Source: Styela clava
Taxonomy: Eukaryota
Assembly: GCF_964204865.1 (NCBI RefSeq)
Contig: NC_135250.1
Coordinates: 15,810,001-15,874,000, forward strand
Direction: 5' to 3'
DNA: 64,000 bases
This document shows, piece by piece, positions 26,301 to 39,068 of this stretch. A model generated the notes under the pieces. That model saw only the letters and a list, made by a program, of their open reading frames with translations, ran no database searches and was not told the DNA's origin. The position numbers and the translations under genes are program-made. Every line of letters starts with the position of its first letter. Position 1 is the stretch's first letter.

Positions 26301-29300
26301 GTGATGTACCAGTGATTGATAAATATATATATAATTCTGATTATAGCAGTAATGCAATCGTTAAGATGTATTCCATATTGCAGTATTGAAAGCTGCAGGA
26401 ACGAGAAGTATGGGAATGCCTCTCCCCCATATCACTGTACAAGTAATTTTTTGCTGTTTTTTATTTCCTGGATAGAAGATCAGTGTCCTCATAAATTTGG
26501 AATTTTGCTTGACATTTACTTAATAGTCTAAATTGTTTTGCAACCTCAATTTTTCTGTTGGTGAAATCATTCTTATCTATTTCATAAACATATCCCCAAG
26601 ACAAGTACAAAACTGATAATTTGGAGAATTTAACTTCCCTGGTGATTTTTCTCTGAAACCTGGTGTTTCCTTGTAAGTTGTAACTGCAACTCATTTGACA
26701 TGTTTCAAACTCATGTTTCAAACATGATTATATATTACCATTTAAAAATATTTCAATCAGACCATATTAATTTTTATATGGATTAAGATGCATGCACATG
26801 ATAATTACCAGTTAGCTATCACAAATTTATATTATTGTTTGATTATGCAGTCATTATTGCCAGCCACGAATCTTGTGGTCTTTTACCCAAATAAAAAACA
26901 TTTCACCACAGGTATTTAATGGTTATAATGTTGCAGAACTCAATCCTTGTCGACCAAATCCATGTCAAAACAGAGGGCAGTGTGCACGGAAGGGCATGGG
27001 ATATGTTTGTAATTGCAAGGGAGGATATGGAGGCCAGACATGTCGACTTCGTGAGTAAACAAATTAAACACAACGAACCACGATCTACAAATTGGGTCTG
27101 GTTCTGAATAACAATTATCTGTGGATGCAGCAAAGTAATACAATCTATACACAACCCTTACTTTCGGCCTGCTTATGAGCTTCATATGGGCTACATGGGT
27201 TTTCGTTGCTATGTGATGTTTATTCAGTAAAAGGTAGAAAGAGCATATGTTATTGTGTGTAGCCTAAGCCTGCACTCATGTTCGATAATTAATTTAACAG
27301 TTTAAATGTCTAATTTTGTTCAGTACCTGTGCTCTGATAATTACACAACAATCATTGTGGGCATCTTTGTTACCAACATAACCATTATTGTGCTGTATCC
27401 TACGTGGTGTTTATTTTTTGATGCAATTCATTCCAGCACCACAGCCAACCAGTCCATGTGATAAGAAGCCGTGTAAATTTGGTGGACGCTGCATTTCTCC
27501 AAATGGAAAAGGATATGTTTGTGAATGCAAAGCTGGATACACTGGAAAGAATTGTCATATAGGTATAACTTTTTATTATAAATTTATAAATTTTTATTTT
27601 GTAGTATCAGTGTTAAAAAGTTGGCATATTATATATATTGGCTTGTATATTACATTATGGATTGTGGAAAGGTAGGTAGGGACACTTGTACTCTTACACA
27701 ACTATTAATTGATTACACCATCTCCATGTATTTGACTGTGCTGTCCTCTGATTGACTAGCGCTCACCTTAATCATATATTGTAAAAGGCTATACATAGTA
27801 CACTATATAATTATGCAGCCTAGTCAGCTATCCCCTTTCTAGGTCGAATATGAAAATCCTATCAGTAATCATATATAGATGTAGATAATACATTTATTGA
27901 TGTTTAATACAGCGGTTCCCAAACTTTTTGTTTGTATGGCGCCAAATTATACGGGCGAAAACTCACTGTGCACTCACACGAAAAAAATTGCTGCCTTTGA
28001 ATAAATCTCAATTTTGGGATTGTTGATGTGTACTTCATGCCTTCTAAAGTTTGTGAACATGTGGGCCTAAAAAATAAAAGGTCAATTCTTCTTCCTCATC
28101 TCTGCCTGCTTTTCCTTTGAAATATTAAAAAAATCACCCATGTTCGCTAAACCCAGTGCAGAAGATAAAAGTGTCTACCTCTATTCTTACGTAACAATAG
28201 AGACAGACACAACGTAACAGAAAGTAAAAAACATATAAAGCTAAAATAAATTTATTGATTCATGTACATAGCATTTAAAAGAAGAAACAAACATTTATAA
28301 TAAATGCAATATGTAAAATATTCAATCATCTTTTAGTTATGTTTAACACAATTCTGTTAATCTTCAAAGCGCACTTAGCAAATAGGATAGGATTTACCTA
28401 TTTATCCCGGGGGAGAGAAAAGTCGATAATGACGGCTTAATCATATGGCAAACCACGGCCTCTCGTCCGGTTACCTGGCCAGGTCGGGTATGGGATCAGT
28501 CAGCCAGTTATTTGTTTTCGAAAGCATGGACTTGAAATTGTCGCATCCTTTGGAAACCACTTGTTAAATAGATTAAAAAATTCACATGACAATTTAGGGC
28601 GAAATGAGCCATGAAATAAGATCATAATGTGATAACTATATTATAGTTATTACTTGTATGCACCCAAAACTCTCCCATGGCCATCCAATTTATATTTGAA
28701 TCTATGCCCCTGCTGAATTATCGAGCACAAATCCAGTGCAATTGGATTAACATTTTTTAACAGTATCAAACTCACTAGAATATAGGCAGTTTTAGCTAAT
28801 ATGTAAACATGCATATAAATTTGAATTGCATGTGTGTATATTACTCTGGAAATGTTTGGTATTTTAAACATCTTGTTTATAAAATGAGAAAATTGTTTTT
28901 GGGCTGCAGTTGTTGTATTCGAAACCAATCAATCATATTATATTGATGTTTTGCATGTGAGAGGGTTTTAGGATAATAGGAAAAATGTAATACTGGTTTA
29001 AATATCTAAATCATTTTTATAATTTTATTATTCAAAAGGTTGCCAAGTGTGCTTTTATAGACTTTTGCAGACATCAGTATTAGGCAGGATGCCTCAAAAA
29101 TTCAGCTTCATAGTCAGATTTTGTATAATCCAATTTAATAATACCATTAAATTTTAGATTTCGATAACATCATATTTGTTCTAGAACCCAGTCCTTGTCG
29201 ACCCAATCCATGTCGAAACCAGGGGAAATGTTCACAAATTGGAACTGGATTTGTTTGCAAATGCCGGGGAGGATTTGTAGGATCAACCTGTCGACTTCGT

Positions 29301-32300
29301 GAGTATAAACTAAAACTTCACAATCATCATTTTTGATATTATACTGACTGATTTTGGCCTTGTTCAGCATTACTTTTTAAGAAATGAGAGGTAAGTCATT
29401 TTGTGAAACCAACTGATGCAGTTTATAGGGTTTAGATATAAGTAAATGAATTTCTGATATATTCTGCGTTAGGGTAGATATAATACATAACCGATATAGG
29501 TATGGTCCAGATTGGTTTATCGGTTCATATATCTCTTTTAAAGGTAGTCGATTTGCTCGAAATGTCGAGTCATTCCGTCAGTGGAAGCATTCAAAAATTT
29601 TGTGTTGAGTACTTGAGTTAATAAAATATTCCTATTAAAATTAACTATTTGTTCTGCAAAGTCTTATTTTTATTTTTTTATATTTAGCACCAGAGCCTAG
29701 AAGTCCTTGTGATAAGAAGCCGTGTAAATATGGTGGGCGATGCATTTCTCCAGATGGAAAAGGATATGTTTGTGAATGCAAGCCAGGATACGCTGGAAAC
29801 AATTGTCAAATAGGTATAGCTTTATCTATAGGTGATATTTTCAGTACTTTTCAACAACCTTGATAAAGTATAACTACCGGTATATGAAAAACTAAGACTA
29901 CTCCAACTTTACAATATAGCAAATAGATTTGATAAATATTTGATTGAACATTATAGGCATAGTAATTTTATATCTAATTCAAATGCAACATTTAGGCGCC
30001 AACCATTGTAAACCAAATCCCTGTGGCAACGGCAGAGACTGTATACCAAAAGTTGGAGGATATGTTTGCATTTGCAGAGGGGGTTATGGAGGAGAAAACT
30101 GTCAAACTAGTATGTTTATTAATGTATTGCAATGAAAAATAATATTTGCTGAGAAATTCTGCTGTTGCTAGTTTGTTTATAATATTATACGAATGGCAAT
30201 GTAGAAAATGTCTGAGTACTAATTAAAAACATATTGACGGAAGCCTGAATGCATGCAATTTTGATATACAATTGGCGAATAATGCAAAATATTATTAATT
30301 TCTATTGTTATTATTCAACAAGAATATGCATGGTATTATTATAATTAATATTGTATAAAATACATTGTATATTTGTGTGTTGTTTGTCTTTCAAATTAAA
30401 CATTGTAAGATTAAACTTCAATATTTTTGTGCTTGTTCAAAGAAACGATTCACTGATATTTGAAAGAGAGACCTCAAGTATTATGTCATTCTGATTTGTT
30501 TCAAGTCAAAGAAAGTCGAATAGTTTTTCATTTTTAGGAAGATCAAATATGCACTGTGAATTTGCAGAAATATTTTGTTCTAATAATAATGTTGTGGGAT
30601 TAGCACAAATGTAGCATTTAAAAATGTGGGGCATATATCGTATTAATATTCAGCTAATACAAAATCTATGGTAACACACCAATAATCCCATATGTATTTC
30701 CTACATCCCTAATTTCCAAAATTTCACACTTACACTTTACACTTTATTTGCGTGAATGTTAAAGCAATTACTAACTCTTCGAATGACACACTTTTATGGG
30801 AATTTACACAGATAACATTTTTCAATAGACAAATATTTTCACAAATATAGGCCCCAATCGCTGTCGAACAAATCCATGTGGCAACGGTGGAGACTGTGTA
30901 CCTAAAGTTGGAGGATATGTTTGCATTTGCAAAGGAGGTTATGGAGGAGAAAACTGTCAGATTGGTAAGTGTTTCATAAGTGACTTATCATATTGATCAA
31001 CTGAACATTTTATTTTGCAGAAGCAGCCAAACTTTAAATGCCATTAGTTTTGTACTTATTTGAGTGGTTTTTGAAATGTTTAACAAAATCTTTTTCAAAT
31101 TGACATCCTAGGCTTTAGACATTTGAAGGAAGATGAGAAAGAAAATACAACAATTATAGCAACTCAATGTTTGAAATCTTGCTAGATTTTACGTGGATTG
31201 CCTACGTGGATTTGCATATTTTTGTGCAAAAGATCGCTTGAGTTACATGATCTTTCACAATGCTGCTGTTGTCTTCAATTTTTGCCATCATCCAATTTCA
31301 TGTATTTGGTTCTATTAACTGCTCAAATTCTATTTTCTTACTTTTCGAAATGAAAAATCAATATATTTGTCGCCAGCTAAAATTATGTTATACATTTTCA
31401 CAATTATAGGCCCAAATTATTGCCGACAAAATCCATGTGGCAACGGCGGAGACTGCATACCAAAAGTTGGTGGATATGTCTGCATTTGCAAAGGAGGTTA
31501 TGGAGGAGAAAACTGTCAGATTGGTAAGTGTTTCATAAGTGACTTATCATATTGATCAACTGAACATTTTATTTTGCAGAAGCAGCCAAACTTTGAATGC
31601 CATTAGTTTTGTACTTATTTGAGTGGTTTTTGAAATGTTTAACAAAATCTTTTTCAAATTGACATCCTAGGCTTTAGACATTTGAAGGAAGATGAGAAAG
31701 AAAATACAACAATTATAGCAACTCAATGTTTGAAATCTTGCTAGATTTTACGTGGATTGCCTACGTGGATTTGCATATTTTTGTGCAAAAGATCGCTTGA
31801 GTTACATGATCTTTCACAATGCTGCTGTTGTCTTCAATTTTTGCCATCATCCAATTTCATGTATTTGGTTCTATTAACTGCTCAAATTCTATTTTCTTAC
31901 TTTTCGAAATGAAAAATCAATATATTTGTCGCCAGCTAAAATTATGTTATACATTTTCACAATTATAGGCCCAAATTATTGCCGACAAAATCCATGTGGC
32001 AACGGCGGAGACTGCATACCAAAAGTTGGTGGATATGTCTGCATTTGCAAAGGAGGTTATGGAGGAGAAAACTGTCAGATTGGTAAGTGTTTCATAAGTG
32101 ACTTATCATATTGATCAACTGAACATTTTATTTTGCAGAAGCAGCCAAACTTTAAATGCCATTAGTTTTGTACTTATTTGAGTGGTTTTTGAAATGTTTA
32201 ACAAAATCTTTTTCAAATTGACATCCTAGGCTTTAGACATTTGAAGGAAGATGAGAAAGAAAATACAACAATTATAGCAACTCAATGTTTGAAATCTTGC

Positions 32301-35300
32301 TAGATTTTACGTGGATTGCCTACGTGGATTTGCATATTTTTGTGCAAAAGATCGCTTGAGTTACATGATCTTTCACAATGCTGCTGTTGTCTTCAATTTT
32401 TGCCATCATCCAGTTTCATGTATTTGGTTCTATTAACTGCTCAAATTCTATTTTCTCACTTTTCGAAATGAAAATTCAATATATTTGTCGCCAGCCTTAA
32501 TTATGTTATACATTTTCACAATTATAGGCCCAAATTATTGCCGACAAAATCCATGTGGCAACGGCGGAGACTGCATACCAAAAGTTGGTGGATATGTCTG
32601 CATTTGCAAAGGAGGTTATGGAGGAGAAAACTGTCAGATTGGTAAGTGTTTTATAAGTGACTTATCATATTGATCAACTGAACATTTTATTTTGCAGAAG
32701 CAGCCAAACTTTAAATGCCATTAGTTTTGTACTTATTTGAGTGGTTTTTGAAATGTTTAACAAAATCTTTTTCAAATTGACATCGTAGGCTTTAGACATT
32801 TGAAGGAAGATGAGAAAGAAAATACAACAATTATAGCAACTCAATGTTTGAAATCTTGCTAGATTTTACGTGGATTGCCTACGTGGATTTGCATATTTTT
32901 GTGCAAAAGATCGCTTGAGTTACATGATCTTTCACAATGCTGCTGTTGTCTTCAATTTTTGCCATCATCCAGTTTCATGTATTTGGTTCTATTAACTGCT
33001 CAAATTCTATTTTCTTACTTTTCGAAATGAAAATTCAATATATTTGTCGCCAGCCTTAGTTATGTTATACATTTTCACAATTATAGGCCCAAATTATTGC
33101 CGACAAAATCCATGTGGCAACGGCGGAGACTGCATACCAAAAGTTGGTGGATACGTCTGCATTTGCAAAGGGGGCTATGGGGGAGAAGATTGTCAAATCC
33201 GTAAGTACATTTTTCATATCTTTGTCTAGCACTCCTGAAAATTTAATCAAATGTTCTGTCTACCGTCATTCTTCAGTCTAATATTTTGAATATAATTCAA
33301 CAACAATTAAAATAGTAAACAAATTGTCTGGATGTGACAATATGTTTTATTTAAAATAAATTGTACCTTCATATTATATTATATTATCACTTGTTTGAAT
33401 GGACCTGGGACTATGAAGTTAATTTATTTAAATATTCAAATATGGAGTTCAAGGCAGTGTTACACACAAGCCATGTTTCGAAATTTAAAATAGATTGCAA
33501 AATATGTAAATAAAGAACACTGAAAAGGATAAAAAATAATATCGGGTAATGCATTTTTAGCTCCTCGTCCTATTGGCCATTGTGCTATCAATCCGTGTTT
33601 GAATGGAGGAAGATGTAGATCTCCTGATGCTAAAGGATATGTATGTGATTGTCTACCTGGATATTCTGGAGTGAATTGTGGACAATGTATGATGTTAAGT
33701 AAACATTACAACTGACTGGTGAAAAATGACCATAATCGTCTTAAAATTCTTGTGGTCTGATTCATTTTTGTTTCACAGTATTATTTTAGTATAACAAAAG
33801 TGTAATGATTCCGTCAGTGGTATCGTCATGGAATCTAATGTTGTGGTGCTAAACTACTCTAAATAAACTGGCTGTCCACTCTGTTTGTTACTCATTCTCA
33901 ATTTGTCTTCAAAATAAAAGATTTCCATAATAAAAAATCTTGTCTTAATATTAAAAGTGTTCCACAAGTCTAAATATCTTGAAAATTGCCCTTCTTTGTG
34001 ATTCAGTCATTGAAATAATCCTTAAATTGCAAACTAACTTTCAGGCTCAACCTGATGTCCATCAAAGTCTAGCACGAATCTTTATCTTCTTGTTTTATTT
34101 GCATCATTGTAGTCATGTATGGAAGCCAAACTGCAGTAATTTGCATTGAAATTCAGTCAACGGATTTGAAGAGAAATGAAGGAAATCCAAACTGGCTTAA
34201 CAATATGATGGGAAAGTGGAAAGTAGACCTAGATTTGATATGGGAGTCATATCCTGGATTTTTAAGAGCTGGCATTGCAGTTTCCTCGAAGGGGAAACCA
34301 AATGGGATGGTACAGTCAACGATTCGCAGCACGTGAGTTCAACATGAAGAACTTCTGTGCTTCCATGGCAGAAGAGAAACATACATGGCAAAATCACATT
34401 ACATTATATAATGCCGCAATGGCTCAATAAAAAAATCTGCCCTGTTAGCTGTCACAAAATTGGTTGCAGCGGGACTTTTTTTTCCTTATGTGAATATTTT
34501 TGAAGTGTGAGAAATTCGTGTGTTTTCAAATTTGATATGATCATCATTTGCATAAATAAAAAATTTTAATTCCAATCCAATTATATAAGCTGAAATGTGT
34601 CTACACTCAATACGCAACACTAAATCGGACTGCTAAGCTCTTCAATTTATAATACAATATACCAGCGAATTCTATTTGTTTGCTCCACTTTTCTGCAGAG
34701 TTTGGGTATTACTTCCAAAGCATGGATCCAGCAGGAAAAGTCTTATTGAACATTTTGAACAAAGTGGAATGAAAAAGAACACATTTGTGGGTTCACCAAA
34801 ATTTTGTGATTCTGGTGAGTATGATGTTTCAGTTTCTTCAAACGCATTTCGCTTAAAACTCTATCTTTATCTTGCTTTTCAGAGTTCAGTTTATGTAAGC
34901 CTCAGATTTGTGGAATTGGCAGAAGATGTGTGCAAGGGTATGGCGGATTTGTTTGCTTGTGCACAGGTGGATACAGTGGTGAAAATTGCGAAATTGGTGA
35001 GTATGCAACATTTTATCAGTTATGTAGCTTGTATGAATGAATACTTTACTTTACATATATAATGCAAAAAATGTTTCATTTGGGAAAATATTTCCGACCA
35101 CTCAGATGACCAGTGAGGTAAATGATCAGCAAAATAAATCGGTATTTCAGTCCTGAAATAGGTTTAAAAACGAACTCGTATCAGTTCAATAGATATGAAT
35201 TAAATATTGAGGTTTCATTTTTCGTTCAAGTATACCATACAGCTCAGCATGAATAAATATTACACAGTGTAGCGAGATGTTTAGAATAATTTATATTTTC

Positions 35301-36966
35301 TCAATTCACATTTTTCGCATTTCAATCAAGCCCAGATTTTTACATCTTGGATTTCATTATTCTCATAAATTGCCTTTTCAGCCCAAAATAATTGTGAATA
35401 AATTTTACCGATCATCTTTCATTCTAGTGCCTGGTCACATTGATCATTGTAGTCCAAGCCCATGTCAACATGGTGGATCCTGTAGATCAGTCGATGCCAA
35501 AGGATATCAATGCAATTGCGTCAATGGCTATACCGGAATTAATTGTCAAAAAAGTTTGTTTCTAATAGAGTCTTTCTATTATGTTCACCGCTATGGGTTT
35601 TTTGGATTTCAAATATTTCATATCAGACTGACTGATGGTAGAAGTCAAATCAATATCATTTCATCAATTGATAGTTGATTTTATATTGGATGTACTTTTT
35701 ACTTATCGATCTTAAGATCGGTAGGTTGATAGGTATGCTGATGGGTATTTGTCTGTCTGTATGCCTGTTTGTTTGTCTGTTAGATGGACGCGATATCTAA
35801 CGAAGGCGAGGTTGAATATGTTCCAAATTTTGCATGTGCATTCATTATATTTCGGACCAGAAGCCTATTGATTTTGGATGAATTGTGTCGTATAATTAGC
35901 GAGTTGTTAATTAATTAGTGATGGGACACGAAATGTCACTATAGAGTCATGAATCGAAACCGCAGTTTCGATCGATAAGTCTTCGGTCTCCGACCGATAT
36001 TCTCGTTAAGATATCGATAATTTTTAAAACTATGGAGCATGGCAAGGGCATACCATACAATTATTTCGTAGGAGTAATCATGCGAGTTTGCAAAATGGCT
36101 GCGCTAAATTTACTAACAAAATACCCAGAATTTATTTTACTCTATCCTCCCTATAAAATTAAAGATCTTAGTTAGGGAAATGGCCGCATTATTGAACATG
36201 AGATCCTCTTTGAACTTGTATGGAAATTATAAATTTGTTGATTCAGTTGGTCAACAAACTGCTGGCAAATATTGCATCCAAATCCAGTCAACTGATGCAA
36301 AAGGGTCGCTGGACAATCCAAATTTTTTTGAAAACTTTGTTGATGAGTTGAAAGGGGATCTGTCATTGATTTGGAAAACCTACTCAGGGTTTATGAGAGC
36401 AGAATTCGGTGTTGAAGCAGTAACCAAACCAAATTCAAAAGTACAAGCTACAATTCGTGTCACGTAAGTAAATCAGTCATTCAAAGTTTTTATATTTAAA
36501 TATTCATTAAGTTTTTCTTGTCTTTCAAAATGATGACAAATATGTATTTGAGTCTTCAGCTGACTGAATGTATTTCTCCTACTCTTCTACAGAAAACATA
36601 AGGCATACATTTTTGGTAGTTTTCAGGTCAAAATACTTACATAAACGTGTCCGTTGGTATGTCAACTGGTTATATACATCTGCCTCGTCTATATTTGGCC
36701 ATAAATACAGACTAGTTTTTTGTAGCTTATCAATGTAGCTTACCTAAATCAAAAGATTTGTCCAGTACACACTTCTGTATGCCAGGATTATATGGCGTTG
36801 GCCATGTGTGTGTGTAATTTTGACTAAGGATTTGTACTTTAGGGTTTGGGTCTCACTGGCTGGTCGAGACAGAGGAGTTACTGTACAAGATCTCATTCGT
36901 CATTTCGTTCAAAGTAATGCACGCAAAGGCAACTTCATTGGGAAGCCTCAACCGTGTTTGCAGTAG
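17350..36966 (+). CDS. Secreted EGF-repeat protein: signal peptide, (EGF)4, SEA-like, (EGF)13, SEA-like, (EGF)2, SEA-like (~1113 aa, 26 exons); adhesive plaque protein Mfp-2-like EGFs
   Basis: Signal exon 17350-17410 (MKEIHLAVLCLILIGAFSTTG). Phase-1/1 EGF exons: 22636-22749, 23325-23450, 23717-23830, 24043-24171, 25613-25735, 25990-26103, 26937-27050, 27437-27562, 29185-29298, 29688-29813, 29996-30109, 30851-30964, 31410-31523, 31969-32082, 32528-32641, 33087-33200, 33561-33686, 34883-34996, 35428-35553. Two-exon SEA-like domains: 24313-24547+24982-25100, 34113-34332+34699-34814, 36247-36463+36843-36966 (TAG). Total 3342 nt, in frame, no TM segment. Confidence 0.88.
17499..19442. mobile_element. 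hAT (Buster/Charlie-type) element with a decayed transposase fragment, in intron 1 of the EGF gene
   Basis: TIRs cagtgattcccaaa / tttgggaaccact; subterminal ggggcga repeats; ORF 18505-18762 carries the hAT C-terminal motif IFGCTYLCEQLFSNMNITKNKQRTRISDAH. Confidence 0.8.
19447..20856. mobile_element. Non-autonomous hAT element abutting the previous one
   Basis: Perfect 16-bp TIRs cagggcttcccaaact / agtttgggaagccctg; right TSD gtctatac, left copy partly retained (ctatac). Confidence 0.85.
19598..19966. mobile_element. Tc2/pogo-like MITE remnant nested in the hAT element
   Basis: Left end ta|ccgtgtttccccgaaaataagac; truncated inverted right end ggtcatattttcgggaaaa. Confidence 0.55.
21236..21829 (+). 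mobile_element. Decayed hAT remnant with a transposase C-terminal fragment
   Basis: gtggccc subterminal repeats; ORF 21400-21618 contains MCMFGSTFYCYQLY (hAT MFGSTYxCEQxFS-like); right end aagtttgccgacaactg. Confidence 0.55.
27910..28561. mobile_element. Degenerate hAT MITE carrying a SINE-like insertion
   Basis: Left TIR cagcggttcccaaa; degenerate right TIR tttggaaaccact. Confidence 0.5.
28381..28534 (-). mobile_element. SINE-like 3' fragment with an (ATCCT)n tail
   Basis: GC-richer island that ends, on the minus strand, in aaatcctatcctatt. Confidence 0.45.
30835..33200 (+). repeat. 559-bp tandem array (~4.2 units); each unit is one 114-nt EGF exon plus a 445-nt intron
   Basis: Exon starts 30851, 31410, 31969, 32528, 33087 are exactly 559 apart; introns differ by only a few substitutions. 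Confidence 0.97.
35696..36007 (+). mobile_element. Helentron-associated non-autonomous element (HINE/DINE-1-like)
   Basis: Starts in a T run; subterminal inverted repeat acttatcgatc (35701-11) / gatcgataagt (35970-80); (GTCT/GTTT)n microsatellite; 3' hairpin tcggtc-tcc-gaccga (35983-97). Confidence 0.8.
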
Positions 36967-38014
36967 CCAGTACGCGAATAGACAACAGAATGGACATATC
37001 TACACTGGAAAATAACAAATAAAATTTGAAACATATAACATTACAGAGTGATCATCTTTGAGCATTCGTATTTACACCATTTTGCGGCCTGATTGAGCAT
37101 CACACCCAATTTCGCATTAAATTGAGGTACAATTTCCATGGATTGTCCCTTAACCAACTACAAATCTATTCATAATAAATTGACATTTCATTGTAGTTTG
37201 TATTATTATTGCTTTTTTAACGCTATCAACCTAAATAAATCCTACATTGGTGAGCATCATAATCATATATGAAGCTATCTATAGTTTGGTATTTGAGGAT
37301 GACGAATGTTGGTTGATATTGTATATCATATGGTGACACGGATATTAAAGCCTGACTAATGGACTGGGAATCTGTCACGACTGTGTGAAACTCCATTTTG
37401 CCTTTGTGTGATGTGTGAAACAGACTATGTCTAGGTCACAATACTCGTTTAGCGTTTCTCTCTAATTGACAAACCCTGTTACTGGAGTATGTCTAACATC
37501 CCATGACGTTTGCGCGCACTTGGAATGCATGAGTTGGTGTAATGGTTTCAACCACTTCAGATGGTTGTTAGAAGTGACTTTAAATTTTAAAACACCGCAA
37601 TTTTACACTAACGTGGTAGTCGTGCTGCTCATGCGATTTCCATGCTTCAGCAATGTTGATACTGACTAATCCGTCTAATTCTTCAAAACCTGGATGACTA
37701 AATGATCACGGCGCTAGATGAATTATGTCTCATGCGCATACTAAGGCATGTTAATCATATGGACTGATTTTGTTTCATTATTACGTAATCACAGCTATTT
37801 GAGTAAAAACGAGATAACAAATAGTATTGAAGATAAATAAAAATTCATCAATGTCGTATACAATTATTATATGGCAGTCATAGTATCGTCATATATATAT
37901 GACTTGAAATTACAATATTCGATAAAATCGTTGCGTTGAATGAGAGAAAATGCTTCTAAAAGGTTTGTCTTTTCATTCAGTAATATCAGTCATACATAAA
38001 CAATTTAACGCGAA

Positions 38015-39068
38015 CTAGCCGGTTAAAGCCATCGTTTCAGGGAGACATGTCTTCGACGTATCTTCTTTATAAACTAGCTGCGTCTTACATCTATTGATAT
38101 GAACTAGTTTGCAATATAATGGCACTTGAGTGAAGGTATGAAATCTAAAAATCAAAGAAACGAGAATCAGAAATCCATATACAATAAAATATATTATATA
38201 TATCATTTCACAAGTATGAACTATCATTAGCAGTCCTGGGTGTCGATATAAAATATAGGAAATAAAAGGAGTATCAGGCCACAATAACTTGGTAATTAGA
38301 AATATTAGCCTACTTATTCCGATTTCAATAAAAGGGCTGAAGTCTATAACTTTAATATTCGAGTTGTCTCGGGTCTTATCACATAACATGCTGCGTAGTT
38401 ACGTCGTACCTGTCGCAACACCTTGAATATTTTTGACTGAAATAATGATATGTGTTTGCCAAATATTGTGACGAAACAGGATTGGTCTCTGGAGAACATT
38501 GAACACCCATGGCTTCCAGTTTTGTCAACATGAATTCCGCAGTCTTCAAATTTTTGCGATTCCAGGCTGCTTCTTTTAAGGATACCGGAGTAGTGGTCTT
38601 CGTACAAGTTACCTGAAAAATTCAGAGATATTGATGCCAATTTCTCGATATCGATACTATTTTTAAATGGCGGATATTAATGCCTAAATCATTTTTAATC
38701 ACTGCAAAAAAACTATCTATTTCGTAAAATATTTCACTTGCAGCTGGCGCCATTTTATAGTATATATGTATTATATATAAATATTATAGTTTTTTTTTAT
38801 TGTAAACAACTGTTCTGATTTGTTCCATATGCATTTGATTTATTCAGATAGTCGCCAGGCCGATTGTGCAAAGTATTTTACTTACAAGATATGGATCTCC
38901 AATGAAACACGTGCATAGTTTACACGGAAATTTGAATGACTTCCACGTAGATCCGATTCTATACTCTTTTTGAATGCCATCATCATAGCAACCTTGCTTA
39001 ATCAAGCAAGAAGCGGATGCGCAAATAACGAGAGACAAGGCAGGAAAAATTAATTTAAGCAAATTCAT
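38015..39068 (-). CDS. Secreted beta-microseminoprotein (MSMB/PSP94)-like protein with a ~60-aa insertion (171 aa, 3 exons)
   Basis: Exons 39068-38886, 38612-38410, 38144-38015. Signal peptide, then SC..GCYD..IGSTW..CKLCTC...[insert]...RCCD..VPLYCKLVHINRCKTQLVYKEDTSKTC, matching the MSMB cysteine pattern. Confidence 0.75.

Noticed and set aside
30851-33200. Regularly spaced repeats as a CRISPR-like array or pure assembly artefact
   Set aside because: Eukaryotic exon/intron units with no unique spacers; copy-specific substitutions argue against a simple artefact.
22636-35553. Notch, Delta, Crumbs or fibropellin identity for the EGF gene
   Set aside because: No Ca-binding EGF consensus and no DSL, LNR, LamG, CUB, avidin or TM domain.
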